From assembly GCA_027337125.1 (NCBI GenBank), contig GCA_027337125.1_3057.1: DNA of 64,000 nt. One strand, given 5' to 3'. The stretch is from a phage. The translations under genes were made by a program, and so were the position numbers. The notes beneath the pieces were generated by a model that was given only the letters and a program-made list of their open reading frames with translations, was not told the DNA's origin and did no database searches. Shown piece by piece: positions 8,944-19,786 of the stretch (the stretch's first letter is position 1; every line of letters begins with the position of its first letter).

Positions 8944-8985
8944 GTTTACAAGCTGATAGAGTTGTGTTATAGTAATTCTATCAGC
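8944..8985 (+). promoter_or_regulatory. Early promoter (GTTTAC 8944-8949, -10 TATAGT) with 9-bp inverted repeat 8952-8960/8977-8985
   Basis: GCTGATAGA ... TCTATCAGC flanks the -10. Confidence 0.55.
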
Positions 8986-9004
8986 TAATCGTGGAGAAAA
9001 GAAA

Positions 9005-9259
9005 ATGATGCTAGTTAATAGAGAATATCAGTTTAAATCAGAAGAAGATTTGGAAAAATTCGCGAGTGGTTGTGAACTGAATAGACGCACAGCTAAAGTC
9101 ATAGGATTAAAACCCTTTACAGTTCTAGATTGTGAAGTTTCTAAATTCCGCAGAGGGTGTTCTATTAGCGGTCATGCTCTGGTTGATGGGAACACATTTT
9201 TCTTTGTTTTTAGCGTCAGAGAACTTTTATTGATTAACGAACTTGAGGAAATAAAATAG
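9005..9259 (+). CDS. Hypothetical protein (84 aa)
   Basis: ATG with GGAGA RBS. Confidence 0.5.
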   Translation: MMLVNREYQFKSEEDLEKFASGCELNRRTAKVIGLKPFTVLDCEVSKFRRGCSISGHALVDGNTFFFVFSVRELLLINELEEIK

Positions 9260-9316
9260 TTTACTTTTGTTGGAAATTGAGATACTATATAAACATAAAC
9301 TACTGAGGAGATTATC

Positions 9317-9610
9317 ATGAAAAAATTTGTTTTTGCTGCAATTTTTGCTTTGGCTTCTTGTGCTGCTCAGCCTGCTATGGCGGGTTATGATAAAGATTTG
9401 TGCGAATGGTCTATGACTGCAGATCAGACTGAGGTTGAAACTCAGATTGAAGCAGATATTATGAATATCGTTGAACGTGATCGCCCTGAAATGAAAGCTG
9501 AAGTACAAAAACAGCTTAAGTCTGGTGGTGTAATGCAGTATAATTACGTTCTGTATTGTGATAAAAACTTCAATAATAAAAATATCATCGCTGAAGTAGT
9601 AGGTGAATAA
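9317..9610 (+). CDS. sp: Spackle periplasmic protein (superinfection exclusion / lysis inhibition), 97 aa
   Basis: Signal peptide MKKFVFAAIFALASCAAQPAMA; matches T4 Sp (61.3); GAGGAG RBS. Confidence 0.75.
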   Translation: MKKFVFAAIFALASCAAQPAMAGYDKDLCEWSMTADQTEVETQIEADIMNIVERDRPEMKAEVQKQLKSGGVMQYNYVLYCDKNFNNKNIIAEVVGE

Positions 9611-9622
9611 TTAGAGGCTAAT

Positions 9623-9787
9623 ATGAAAACGTTTAAAGAATTTATCAAAGAAGATATGGTCGCTGGAGATTCAGGTGGTAATCCTGAAAATATCTCTACT
9701 GGAACAACGTCAGGCGCTGTAGTAAATAAAGGTCCTGAACAGATTCCTAAAAAGAAAAAAGAGGAATCTAAAGAAAAAGAAGAGTAA
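9623..9787 (+). CDS. Hypothetical small protein (54 aa, lysine/glutamate-rich tail), not in ORF track
   Basis: ATG with AGAGG RBS fills the gap between sp and primase. Confidence 0.4.
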   Translation: MKTFKEFIKEDMVAGDSGGNPENISTGTTSGAVVNKGPEQIPKKKKEESKEKEE

Positions 9788-9789
9788 AA

Positions 9790-10818
9790 ATGTCATCAAT
9801 ACCTTGGATTGATAATGAGTTTGCATATCGTGCGCTAGCTCATTTACCTAAATTCACACAAGTAAATAATAGTTCAACTTTTAAATTACGGTTTAGATGC
9901 CCTGTTTGTGGAGATTCAAAAACCGACCAAAATAAAGCTCGTGGATGGTATTATGGCGATAATAATGAAGGAAATATTCATTGCTATAACTGTAACTATC
10001 ATGCACCAATCGGAATATATTTAAAGGAGTTTGAACCCGATTTATATCGTGAGTATATCTTTGAAATAAGAAAAGAAAAAGGTAAAAGTCGTCCAGCAGA
10101 AAAACCTAAAGAACTTCCTAAACAACCTGAGAAGAAAATAATTAAATCTCTTCCGTCATGCATTAGATTGGATAAACTGGCGGAAGACCATCCAATTATA
10201 AAATACGTAAAAGCTCGATGTATTCCAAAGGATAAATGGAAATATCTTTGGTTTACAACCGAATGGCCTAAATTAGTTAATAGTATAGCGCCAGGAACAT
10301 ATAAAAAGGAAATATCTGAGCCTCGTCTTGTTATTCCAATTTATAATGCTAATGGAAAAGCTGAGTCTTTTCAAGGACGTGCATTAAAGAAAGATGCTCC
10401 TCAAAAATATATCACCATCAAAGCTTATCCTGAGGCAACAAAAATCTATGGAGTCGAACGGGTTAAAGATGGTGATGTATATGTTCTAGAAGGACCTATA
10501 GATTCTCTTTTTATTGAAAATGGTATAGCTATTACGGGTGGTCAATTAGACCTAGAAATTGTTCCATTTAAAGATAGACGTGTATGGGTTTTAGATAATG
10601 AACCTCGTCACCCTGACACTATTAAACGAATGACTAAATTAGTTGATGCAGGAGAAAGGGTTATGTTTTGGGATAAATCTCCCTGGAAATCAAAAGATGT
10701 CAATGATATGATTAGAAAGGAAGGTGCAACCCCTGAACAAATTATGGAATATATGAAAAATAATATTGCCCAAGGGTTGATGGCTAAAATGCGGCTATCT
10801 AAATATGCTAAGATTTAA
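9790..10818 (+). CDS. 61: DNA primase gp61 (zinc-finger plus TOPRIM)
   Basis: 342 aa; CPVCGDSK...CYNCNYH zinc ribbon; TOPRIM-like VLEGPID; matches T4 gp61. Confidence 0.93.
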   Translation: MSSIPWIDNEFAYRALAHLPKFTQVNNSSTFKLRFRCPVCGDSKTDQNKARGWYYGDNNEGNIHCYNCNYHAPIGIYLKEFEPDLYREYIFEIRKEKGKSRPAEKPKELPKQPEKKIIKSLPSCIRLDKLAEDHPIIKYVKARCIPKDKWKYLWFTTEWPKLVNSIAPGTYKKEISEPRLVIPIYNANGKAESFQGRALKKDAPQKYITIKAYPEATKIYGVERVKDGDVYVLEGPIDSLFIENGIAITGGQLDLEIVPFKDRRVWVLDNEPRHPDTIKRMTKLVDAGERVMFWDKSPWKSKDVNDMIRKEGATPEQIMEYMKNNIAQGLMAKMRLSKYAKI

Positions 10819-11015
10819 ATTAACCCAACTAAAGCAAATGCTAAATCTACGAATGTATCAAGAGTAATTACTGGAATACTAACGCCATGAGCAATAGCAA
10901 CTGGCGATAAAACAAAATTCCAAAGTAAAATTCCTATCATAGCAGAAATAGTAAAAGCTATACGTTTTTTATTACCTTTGATGGCATTAACAAGTGCCAT
11001 TAATTTTTGTACCAT
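10815..11015 (-). CDS. Small hydrophobic membrane protein (66 aa) on opposite strand
   Basis: Strong SD AAGGAGG 6 nt upstream of ATG on - strand; two hydrophobic segments; no competing + strand ORF in this 300 bp. Confidence 0.55.
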   Translation of the reverse strand: MVQKLMALVNAIKGNKKRIAFTISAMIGILLWNFVLSPVAIAHGVSIPVITLDTFVDLAFALVGLI

Positions 11016-11063
11016 GCGTCGTCCTCCTTTAAATTAATATTTATCGCAAATTTTACAAAATTT

Positions 11064-11097
11064 GTTTACTTTCTCAGCTTGTTATGGTATTATAAAA
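11064..11097 (+). promoter_or_regulatory. Early promoter (GTTTAC 11064-11069, extended -10 TGGTATTATAAA)
   Basis: Consensus early promoter about 25 nt upstream of the 186-aa ORF RBS. Confidence 0.55.
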
Positions 11098-11118
11098 TAA
11101 ACTGCTGAGGATAATATA

Positions 11119-12458
<1,340 letters not shown>

Positions 12459-12518
12459 TTGCTTATATATTCAAATGATATAATTATTTAACTTATTAAT
12501 GAATTGAAAGGAAAAATA

Positions 12519-13037
12519 ATGGCATACTTTAATGAATGTTCACAACTGATTGAAGGCGCTGATAAAGCTCAAAATGAATACTGGGATATTCTCGGTGATG
12601 AAAAAGACCCGCTGCAGGTTATGCTTGATATGCAGAAATCTTTACAGGTTCGTTTAGCTAAAGATAAACCTGAATATAACCGTCATCCTGATGATTTGGC
12701 TACTGCAGGTGAAGTTGTTGATTGGCTACGTAATCAGAAAGATTATATTGACGATGAATTCCGCGAACTTCTGACTTCTCTTGGCGGTATGAGCAATGGT
12801 GAAAAAGATGCATCTGCTGTATGGAAGCCTTGGAAAGCTCAACATGGTGAACGCCGTGAAACTCTAATTACTGATTTGTCTCCACAAGACCAGTTGGAAA
12901 TTAAATTCGAAATGATTGATATTCTTCATTTCGTTCTGAACATGTTCCAAGGTCTCGGCCTTACAGCTGAAGAAATCTTTAAACTTTATTATCTGAAAAA
13001 TGCTGAAAACTTCGCGCGTCAAGACCGAGGTTATTAA
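12519..13037 (+). CDS. 56: dCTPase/dUTPase gp56
   Basis: Matches T4 gp56; ATG 12519 with AAGGA RBS (track start 12504 is TTG). Confidence 0.85.
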   Translation: MAYFNECSQLIEGADKAQNEYWDILGDEKDPLQVMLDMQKSLQVRLAKDKPEYNRHPDDLATAGEVVDWLRNQKDYIDDEFRELLTSLGGMSNGEKDASAVWKPWKAQHGERRETLITDLSPQDQLEIKFEMIDILHFVLNMFQGLGLTAEEIFKLYYLKNAENFARQDRGY

Positions 13038-13081
13038 TGGCTCGTTTATTTAAACGACGACTTAAAAGCCGTGAGAATTAT

Positions 13082-13089
13082 TATAAATA
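13082..13089 (+). promoter_or_regulatory. Late promoter TATAAATA for soc
   Basis: Exact T4 late promoter octamer about 30 nt upstream of soc ATG. Confidence 0.7.
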
Positions 13090-13119
13090 ATCATGTAATT
13101 TAAATAAAAGGAGAATTAC

Positions 13120-13365
13120 ATGGCTAGTACTCGCGGTTATGTTAATATCAAAACGTTTGAGCAGAAATTAGATGGAAATAAGAAAATTGAAGGAAAGGAA
13201 ATTTCTGTAGCTTTCCCTCTTTATTCTGACGTTCACAAAATTTCTGGCGCTCATTATCAGATATTCCCTTCAGAAAAAGCAGCATATACTACCGTATATG
13301 AAGAAAATCAACGTGCTGCGTGGATTGCTGCAAACGAAGATTTGTGGAAAGTAACTGGTGAATAA
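13120..13365 (+). CDS. soc: Small outer capsid protein Soc
   Basis: 81-codon ORF matching T4 Soc; AAAGGAG RBS. Confidence 0.9.
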   Translation: MASTRGYVNIKTFEQKLDGNKKIEGKEISVAFPLYSDVHKISGAHYQIFPSEKAAYTTVYEENQRAAWIAANEDLWKVTGE

Positions 13366-13370
13366 ATTCA

Positions 13371-13396
13371 GGGACTCCTTCGGGAGTCCTTTTTTC
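13371..13396 (+). terminator. Intrinsic terminator after soc (GGGACUCC-UUCG-GGAGUCC + U6)
   Basis: Perfect hairpin with UUCG loop and T-tract. Confidence 0.75.
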
Positions 13397-13405
13397 ATTT
13401 TACCG

Positions 13406-13435
13406 GTTTACTTTCCACAATGAGTATGGTATAAT
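13406..13435 (+). promoter_or_regulatory. Early promoter (GTTTAC 13406-13411, -10 TATAAT 13430-13435)
   Basis: 18-bp spacer, extended TGGTATAAT. Confidence 0.6.
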
Positions 13436-13461
13436 AGAATTATCTTATAGAGGAGAGCACT

Positions 13462-13674
13462 ATGTTAAATCGTTGGATTAAACCAAATGAAGACCTCCAG
13501 AAGGTTCTTGATAAAGCTATCTCTGATAAATGGGGTATGAAAAGCTGGGATTGTGATATCGTCACGCATTCATTCATGATGCATACAGATGGTTCAGTCG
13601 AGTTCAATGCTGAAATGCGATACACTGACTGGGGTGGATTTCAAAGAGTCGAATTTCAAAGAGGCTTTTTGTAA
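13462..13674 (+). CDS. Hypothetical protein (70 aa)
   Basis: AGGAGAG RBS; soc.1-type position. Confidence 0.55.
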   Translation: MLNRWIKPNEDLQKVLDKAISDKWGMKSWDCDIVTHSFMMHTDGSVEFNAEMRYTDWGGFQRVEFQRGFL

Positions 13675-14015
13675 TGTTTATCTTTAATTGGTTTAAAAGT
13701 TTCTTTACGGATTTTTTCTCTACAACTCCCGGAGAAGGTGTAGTTCCTATTTCAAATGACTACCTTCCTTTAACTGTAGTTGAATATGTTTATATGGGAG
13801 ATGGAACAGTAGAAGCAGTTACTATGACTTATGAAGAAGCCCAGGAATATTATAAAAATCCTTGGCGCTGGTCAACACCTACTACATCATCTAATACGCA
13901 GAATACACAGTCTAGTTCTGATTCATATGACACTAATGTTCCTGTTCATGTATGGGCAGGCGATTCGTGTGGAAGTTCTTGTGATTCTAGTTGTTCATCT
14001 ACATCTTGTGATTGA
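13674..14015 (+). CDS. Hypothetical protein (113 aa) with Ser/Cys-rich C-terminus
   Basis: ATG overlaps upstream stop (TAATG). Confidence 0.5.
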   Translation: MFIFNWFKSFFTDFFSTTPGEGVVPISNDYLPLTVVEYVYMGDGTVEAVTMTYEEAQEYYKNPWRWSTPTTSSNTQNTQSSSDSYDTNVPVHVWAGDSCGSSCDSSCSSTSCD

Positions 14016-14023
14016 GGAAAATT

Positions 14024-14509
14024 ATGGAAGCGATTTTGTTTGAAATGTATATTAGCAGTGATAGCATGGCGTTTGCTAAAGATATTCCAATTACAGTAGC
14101 AGTAATGATTGATAAGGGTTATTGTGACCCAATGTATCTCGTAGAAAATTTCGTTTCAATGCCAGTTCCAGAAGATGCTGAAATAAAGCTTAAAAAGATT
14201 GGTATCATTGAAACTGTACCAAATATTCCGTTTAGAGCAATTGAAGCATTTACTAAATCCGAATACATTAATGTTAGCGCAGAACAATATAATGATAAGC
14301 CTTTATCTTTTTATTCGTACGATTCACTATATAGCTGGAAAATAGATAAAGGAAATAAATTTATAATTGCAAGTGAAGATGCTTTATCATACTTTATTTC
14401 TTCTGTATGGAATAGTTTACATCCAAATTTGCTAAAAATTCATGAATTTGATGATGCTCCTACTGTTGTTTTAGGTAAAACAAATGAAAGTTCTGAAGAA
14501 AATGTTTGA
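14024..14509 (+). CDS. Hypothetical protein (161 aa), possibly Mrh by size and position
   Basis: ATG 14024 with GAGGA RBS; track start 14012 is non-ATG. Confidence 0.55.
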   Translation: MEAILFEMYISSDSMAFAKDIPITVAVMIDKGYCDPMYLVENFVSMPVPEDAEIKLKKIGIIETVPNIPFRAIEAFTKSEYINVSAEQYNDKPLSFYSYDSLYSWKIDKGNKFIIASEDALSYFISSVWNSLHPNLLKIHEFDDAPTVVLGKTNESSEENV

Positions 14510-14687
14510 ATGGTTCAATAGACCAAACTCAATGTACATTGACGATGGTTGGGTTGAACAGGCAAATAAAGAAATGCAGAACGAATCAGAAGAATGGATG
14601 AAATCAATGATTAGTGCCGAGAAAGAAAAGAAATTAGAACGCTCAGCGCTTAAATTGATGAGAGACATCTATGGGGATAAATCATGA
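14484..14687 (+). CDS. Hypothetical protein (67 aa; start uncertain, alternative ATG 14502)
   Basis: ORF overlapping neighbours; weak RBS. Confidence 0.4.
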   Translation: MKVLKKMFEWFNRPNSMYIDDGWVEQANKEMQNESEEWMKSMISAEKEKKLERSALKLMRDIYGDKS

Positions 14688-14848
14688 ACAGAGATATGAC
14701 GTTAGAAGAGGCCAAGGCTAAAGCAAATGAAGCATTGGATTTGCTTCTTAAAATTGGCAGTAAAATGATGGAAGAAAATGAGAAATATATCCAGGAAAAC
14801 AAAATTCCTGACGGTCCATTAGTAGGCAAGAGGAAATCATATGATTGA
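14684..14848 (+). CDS. Hypothetical small protein (54 aa), not in ORF track
   Basis: ATGA overlap with upstream stop and downstream start; coupled chain of small ORFs. Confidence 0.4.
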   Translation: MNRDMTLEEAKAKANEALDLLLKIGSKMMEENEKYIQENKIPDGPLVGKRKSYD

Positions 14849-15311
14849 AGTAGCAAAACATTATTCAATAGAATTTATGTCCAAAGAAGGTAAATCAGTA
14901 AATACACTTGATAAAAAGTGCTCATTAATTATTCCTTTAGCAGAAAATCCGGATCTTTTAATTAAAGATATAAAAGAAAGAAAATATCCAGAAAATGTTA
15001 TTCTAATTATAAAGCATACTGAAGATATTTTGCAGAATACTGATTCACCATTTTCTTCTTCTGAAGCTTTAACTATTAAAGGCTATAAAAGAGCTCGTGA
15101 ATATGGTCTTTTTGACCTGTTTGAAGACGATAAAGTTAAATTAGCGAGTCAACCTTCTAAAAGTAAAACATTCATTATTGAAGATATTAAAGATATAAAT
15201 GCATTTGTTAAGATGGTCTGGGCTCATTTTGATGTTGGACTACGCTGGAGAATGTCCGAAGAAGAAAGAAAGATTATTGAAGCTAATCGTCAATTTGGTT
15301 TTTATCGCTAG
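14841..15311 (+). CDS. Hypothetical protein (156 aa)
   Basis: ATG with AGGAAA RBS. Confidence 0.55.
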   Translation: MIEVAKHYSIEFMSKEGKSVNTLDKKCSLIIPLAENPDLLIKDIKERKYPENVILIIKHTEDILQNTDSPFSSSEALTIKGYKRAREYGLFDLFEDDKVKLASQPSKSKTFIIEDIKDINAFVKMVWAHFDVGLRWRMSEEERKIIEANRQFGFYR

Positions 15312-15319
15312 GAATTAGT

Positions 15320-15502
15320 ATGGATTTATTTGAGATGTTAGAAGATAATCATTCTACGAATATCCAGAATGATTCTAGTGATTATAAGAAAGAATACCGT
15401 ATAGTATTACAGAATTATGGAATTGAAGCCCCAGATGCTCTTCTAGAAGAACTGGCTTCATACCATCTTGACCCTCCGCCTTGGGCTCCCTGGGCAAAAT
15501 AA
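15320..15502 (+). CDS. Hypothetical protein (60 aa)
   Basis: Small ORF in operon context. Confidence 0.45.
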   Translation: MDLFEMLEDNHSTNIQNDSSDYKKEYRIVLQNYGIEAPDALLEELASYHLDPPPWAPWAK

Positions 15503-15512
15503 TTCAAAAAGT

Positions 15513-15541
15513 TGTTTACTTTCCTTTCTAACGATGATATG
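15513..15541 (+). promoter_or_regulatory. Early promoter (GTTTAC 15513-15518, -10 TATGAT)
   Basis: Promoter consensus upstream of modB. Confidence 0.5.
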
Positions 15542-15569
15542 ATAGCTTCTGAAGTATACGGAGGCTATC

Positions 15570-16193
15570 ATGATTATTAATCTTGCAGATGTTGAACAGT
15601 TATCTATAAAAGCTGAAAGCGTTGATTTTCAATATGATATGTATAAAAAGGTCTGTGAAAAATTTACTGACTTTGAACAGTCAATTCTTTGGCAATGTAT
15701 GGAAGCCAAAAAGAATGAAGCTCTTCATCGGCAGTTGAATAAAATCATTAAAAAGCATTTAACTAAATCACCTTATCAGCTATATCGTGGTATATCAAAA
15801 TCGACAAAAGAACTCATTAAAGATTTACAAGTCGGAGAAGTGTTTTCAACGAACAGAGTAGATTCATTTACTACTAGTTTGCACACAGCGTGTTCTTTTT
15901 CTTATGCTGAATATTTTACTGAAACAATACTTCGCTTAAAAACTGATAAAGCTTTTAATTACTCTGACCATATCAGCGATATTATACTTTCTTCTCCTAA
16001 TACTGAGTTTAAGTATACATATGAAGATACTGATGGATTAGATTCAGAACGTACTGATAACTTAATGATGATTGTGCGTGAACAAGAATGGATGATTCCA
16101 ATTGGAAAGTATAAAATAACTTCTATTTCAAAAGAAAAATTACATGATTCATTTGGAACATTTAAAGTGTATGATATTGAGGTAGTTGAATGA
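15570..16193 (+). CDS. modB: Mono-ADP-ribosyltransferase ModB (207 aa)
   Basis: ART signature R (LYRG), S-T-S (FTTS), E-x-E (EQEWMIP); length and position match T4 ModB. Confidence 0.8.
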   Translation: MIINLADVEQLSIKAESVDFQYDMYKKVCEKFTDFEQSILWQCMEAKKNEALHRQLNKIIKKHLTKSPYQLYRGISKSTKELIKDLQVGEVFSTNRVDSFTTSLHTACSFSYAEYFTETILRLKTDKAFNYSDHISDIILSSPNTEFKYTYEDTDGLDSERTDNLMMIVREQEWMIPIGKYKITSISKEKLHDSFGTFKVYDIEVVE

Positions 16194-16792
16194 AATATTC
16201 AGCAATGCAATTAAAAGATTTTAAAATCAAATCAATGGATGCATCGGTGCGTGCTTCTATTCGTGAAGAATTACTTTCTGAAGGATTTAATTTATCTGAA
16301 ATTGAACTTTTAATTCATTGTATTACTAATAAGCCAGACGATCATTCTTGGTTAAATGAAATAATCAAATCTCGTTTGGTTCCAAACGATAAACCTCTTT
16401 GGAGAGGTGTTCCAGTTGAGACTAAGCAGGTGTTAAATCAAGGAATTGATATTATTACATTTGATAAAGTAGTATCAGCTTCATATGATAAAAATATAGC
16501 TCTGCATTTTGCTTCTGGATTAGAATACAACACGCAAGTTATTTTTGAATTCAAAGCTCCTATGGTATTTAATTTTCAGGAGTATGCTATAAAAGCTCTA
16601 CGCTGTAAAGAATATAGTCCAAGTTTTAAGTTTCCGGATAGCCATCGCTATCGTAATATGGAATTAGTTTCAGATGAACAAGAAGTAATGATACCAGCTG
16701 GAAGTGTATTTAGAATTGCGGATAGATACGAGTATAAAAAGTATTCAACATACACTATCTATACTCTTGACTTTGAAGGATTTAATCTATAA
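16190..16792 (+). CDS. modA: Mono-ADP-ribosyltransferase ModA (200 aa)
   Basis: ART signature R (LWRG), S-x-S (VSAS), E-x-E (EQEVMIP); ATGA overlap with modB. Confidence 0.8.
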   Translation: MKYSAMQLKDFKIKSMDASVRASIREELLSEGFNLSEIELLIHCITNKPDDHSWLNEIIKSRLVPNDKPLWRGVPVETKQVLNQGIDIITFDKVVSASYDKNIALHFASGLEYNTQVIFEFKAPMVFNFQEYAIKALRCKEYSPSFKFPDSHRYRNMELVSDEQEVMIPAGSVFRIADRYEYKKYSTYTIYTLDFEGFNL

Positions 16793-16848
16793 TGGAAGGA
16801 CTTAGATTCATTATACCATGAAAGTTTTAAAGCATTTTTCATAAAGTT

Positions 16849-16878
16849 GTTTACAAGCTGAAGTAAAAATGTTATAAT
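16849..16878 (+). promoter_or_regulatory. Early promoter (GTTTAC 16849-16854, -10 TATAAT 16873-16878)
   Basis: 18-bp spacer. Confidence 0.6.
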
Positions 16879-16908
16879 ATAAGTAGTTAACCCGTCCGTG
16901 AGAAAAAT

Positions 16909-17655
16909 ATGAAACTGTCTAAAAATCAAATTCGTAAAATTACACGTCGTCTAGAGCATACTCAGGCATCAGCTAAAAGACGTTCTAAAGATTTTAACTT
17001 AGACTTCAATTACATTAAGAACATTTTAGATCAGAAAGTTTGCGCTTACTCAGGAGAACCTTTTGATAATCGTATTGAAGGAGAGAAATTATCGTTAGAA
17101 CGTTTTGATAATAACGTTGGATACATTAAAGGGAATGTTATTGCAGTAAAGAAAAAGTATAATACATTTCGTTCTGATTATACTTTAGAAGAGTTGATTG
17201 AAAAGCGTGATTTATTTGCTTTGCGAATTGGTCGTTCATCTGCGAAAAAAGTTCATAAACTAAATTTAGATGAAAAGAAATGGGCTAAAATCAAAAAGAC
17301 TTATAATCAAATTAAAGCTATACAGAAAAAACGTGAAAACCGAATTGAACACATTTCTCAGCTTTCTAAATCAAAACAAACTTCTGACGTTAAGCTAACG
17401 ATTATAGCACTTAAAGCTCGTATTGATGGTTCTCGTATAGCAGAAGGCGCTGAAGTTGTTAAATTGAACGTTCTTCTTAAAGGCTCGGATTGGAAAACTG
17501 TGAAAAAGCTGTCAGAAGCAGAAATGCAATATGATATGTGTGATAAAATTATTCAAGGTGTAGAGCGGTATCAAAACTTGTCTTTTATTGATAAACTTAA
17601 ACTGAAAAGAGGATACCCGCTAAATTGTTCAATTTTTAAACTTATCCGAGGATAA
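16909..17655 (+). CDS. srd: Srd (sigma-related, host transcription decay factor), 248 aa
   Basis: Length and position between modA and dda as in T4. Confidence 0.65.
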   Translation: MKLSKNQIRKITRRLEHTQASAKRRSKDFNLDFNYIKNILDQKVCAYSGEPFDNRIEGEKLSLERFDNNVGYIKGNVIAVKKKYNTFRSDYTLEELIEKRDLFALRIGRSSAKKVHKLNLDEKKWAKIKKTYNQIKAIQKKRENRIEHISQLSKSKQTSDVKLTIIALKARIDGSRIAEGAEVVKLNVLLKGSDWKTVKKLSEAEMQYDMCDKIIQGVERYQNLSFIDKLKLKRGYPLNCSIFKLIRG

Positions 17656-17656
17656 T

Positions 17657-17968
17657 ATGTTTTATGTATATGCGATAGTGTATAGAGATAAAGATGGTTT
17701 TGCGGTGCCTGTTCCTCTTGATGAACATCGCCCTGCTGTATTTTTTGAAAGGGAGATTGCTGATAAAGTATTTACAACTCTTAAAGAGCAGTATCGACTA
17801 GCTTTAGGTATGGGAATTCCTAGATTAGTTGAGACTCCACGCAAGTTTTGGTTTAATAAAATAGAAGTTAAACATGTTAAGCCTGATGTAGACACACAAA
17901 GATTATATCGGCGAATTTTAGATACTGGGCGTATTGTTAGTATACCAATTGCAGGGAATTTACGATGA
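17657..17968 (+). CDS. Hypothetical protein upstream of dda (dda.1 position), 103 aa
   Basis: Tightly packed ORF; stop overlaps dda start. Confidence 0.6.
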   Translation: MFYVYAIVYRDKDGFAVPVPLDEHRPAVFFEREIADKVFTTLKEQYRLALGMGIPRLVETPRKFWFNKIEVKHVKPDVDTQRLYRRILDTGRIVSIPIAGNLR

Positions 17969-19284
17969 CATTTGATGATTTGACCGAAGGCCAGAAAAAT
18001 GCCTTTAACATTGTTATGAGGGCTATTAAAGAAAAGAAACATCATGTAACTATTAATGGACCTGCTGGTACCGGTAAGACTACTCTTACTAAGTTCATCA
18101 TTGAAGCTTTAATATCTACAGGCGAAACTGGAATTATTTTAGCAGCTCCTACACATGCAGCTAAAAAGATTCTTTCAAAACTATCAGGGAAAGAAGCGAG
18201 TACTATTCACAGTATTCTTAAAATTAACCCAGTAACATACGAAGAAAACGTTCTTTTTGAGCAAAAAGAAGTACCGGATTTGGCTAAATGCAGGGTATTA
18301 ATCTGCGACGAAGTGTCAATGTATGATAGAAAGCTATTTAAAATTTTGCTTTCAACTATCCCGCCATGGTGTACTATAATTGGAATAGGCGATAATAAGC
18401 AAATTAGACCTGTTGACCCAGGAGAAAACACTGCTTATATCAGTCCGTTCTTTACGCACAAAGACTTTTATCAGTGTGAACTCACCGAAGTTAAACGCAG
18501 TAATGCTCCTATTATTGATGTAGCTACTGATGTTCGCAACGGTAAGTGGATTTATGATAAAATTGTTGACGGACATGGAGTACGTGGATTTACTGGTGAT
18601 ACCGCTTTACGCGATTTTATGGTAAATTATTTTTCAATCGTCAAATCACTAGATGATTTGTTTGAAAATCGTGTAATGGCATTTACGAATAAATCTGTTG
18701 ATAAGTTAAATAGCATTATTCGCAAAAAGATTTTTGAAACCGATAAAGATTTTATCGTTGGTGAAATTATTGTAATGCAGGAACCATTAATTAAAACATA
18801 TAAAATTGATGGAAAGCCTGTGTCAGAAATTATTTTTAATAACGGGCAATTAGTTCGTATTATAGAAGCAGAATATACATCAACATTTGTTAAAGCTCGT
18901 GGTGTTCCTGGAGAATATCTAATTCGTCATTGGGATTTAACAGTAGAAACTTACGGCGATGATGAATATTATCGTGAAAAGATTAAAATAATTTCATCTG
19001 ATGAAGAGCTGTATAAGTTTAACTTATTTTTAGGTAAAACTGCAGAAACTTACAAAAATTGGAATAAAGGCGGAAAGGCTCCATGGAGTGATTTTTGGGA
19101 TGCTAAATCACAATTTAGTAAAGTGAAAGCACTTCCTGCGTCAACATTCCATAAAGCTCAGGGCATGTCTGTAGATCGTGCTTTTATCTATACGCCTTGT
19201 ATTCATTATGCAGACGCTGAACTAGCTCAACAGCTTCTTTATGTTGGTGTCACTCGTGGTCGTTATGATGTGTTTTATGTATGA
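17965..19284 (+). CDS. dda: Dda DNA helicase (SF1B)
   Basis: 439 aa; Walker A GPAGTGKT; matches T4 Dda. Confidence 0.93.
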   Translation: MTFDDLTEGQKNAFNIVMRAIKEKKHHVTINGPAGTGKTTLTKFIIEALISTGETGIILAAPTHAAKKILSKLSGKEASTIHSILKINPVTYEENVLFEQKEVPDLAKCRVLICDEVSMYDRKLFKILLSTIPPWCTIIGIGDNKQIRPVDPGENTAYISPFFTHKDFYQCELTEVKRSNAPIIDVATDVRNGKWIYDKIVDGHGVRGFTGDTALRDFMVNYFSIVKSLDDLFENRVMAFTNKSVDKLNSIIRKKIFETDKDFIVGEIIVMQEPLIKTYKIDGKPVSEIIFNNGQLVRIIEAEYTSTFVKARGVPGEYLIRHWDLTVETYGDDEYYREKIKIISSDEELYKFNLFLGKTAETYKNWNKGGKAPWSDFWDAKSQFSKVKALPASTFHKAQGMSVDRAFIYTPCIHYADAELAQQLLYVGVTRGRYDVFYV

Positions 19285-19305
19285 TTAAATTTGAGGAAGC
19301 TATTC

Positions 19306-19551
19306 GTGGAAATAACTAAAGACCAGTTTTATCTGCTTCAAGATAAAGTAAGCGAAATTTATGAAATAGCTTATAGTAAAAATCGTAAAAACGTGAAAAT
19401 TGAATCAGGCAAGTTAATGCTTCAATTGGAAGAAATTGAACGAGATTTGATTGCGTTAGAATTCTTTTGTGGTGAAGTGAAAACTGTTACAATCAGTGAT
19501 TACGTTTTAGGTGAAATTAGCCATCTTTATAAGGCGGTTATTAATGATTGA
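19306..19551 (+). CDS. Hypothetical protein (81 aa), GTG start; paralog of next ORF
   Basis: GAGGA RBS 7 nt upstream of GTG 19306; shares LEEI...DY..G.I pattern with 19544..19786. Confidence 0.5.
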   Translation: MEITKDQFYLLQDKVSEIYEIAYSKNRKNVKIESGKLMLQLEEIERDLIALEFFCGEVKTVTISDYVLGEISHLYKAVIND

Positions 19552-19786
19552 ATTAAGTTTGCATCAGTTTAAATCTCTTATGACAAATGTTAAAGCTGTC
19601 ATTCAAGAAAATTCAGGACCTGATAATGTTACTATTCGCGAAAAAGCTTTAAAGATAGTATACAGTCTTGAAGAGATACAAAAAGATATTGAATCTATGG
19701 CAAAATTTATTGATGAGCCCATTAATAAAGTTTATATCCAAGATTATACTGTAGGTCAAATTCGCGATTTAGCGAGGAAAATTTAA
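19544..19786 (+). CDS. Hypothetical protein (80 aa), paralog of previous ORF
   Basis: ATG overlapping upstream stop; similar sequence pattern. Confidence 0.5.
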   Translation: MIELSLHQFKSLMTNVKAVIQENSGPDNVTIREKALKIVYSLEEIQKDIESMAKFIDEPINKVYIQDYTVGQIRDLARKI

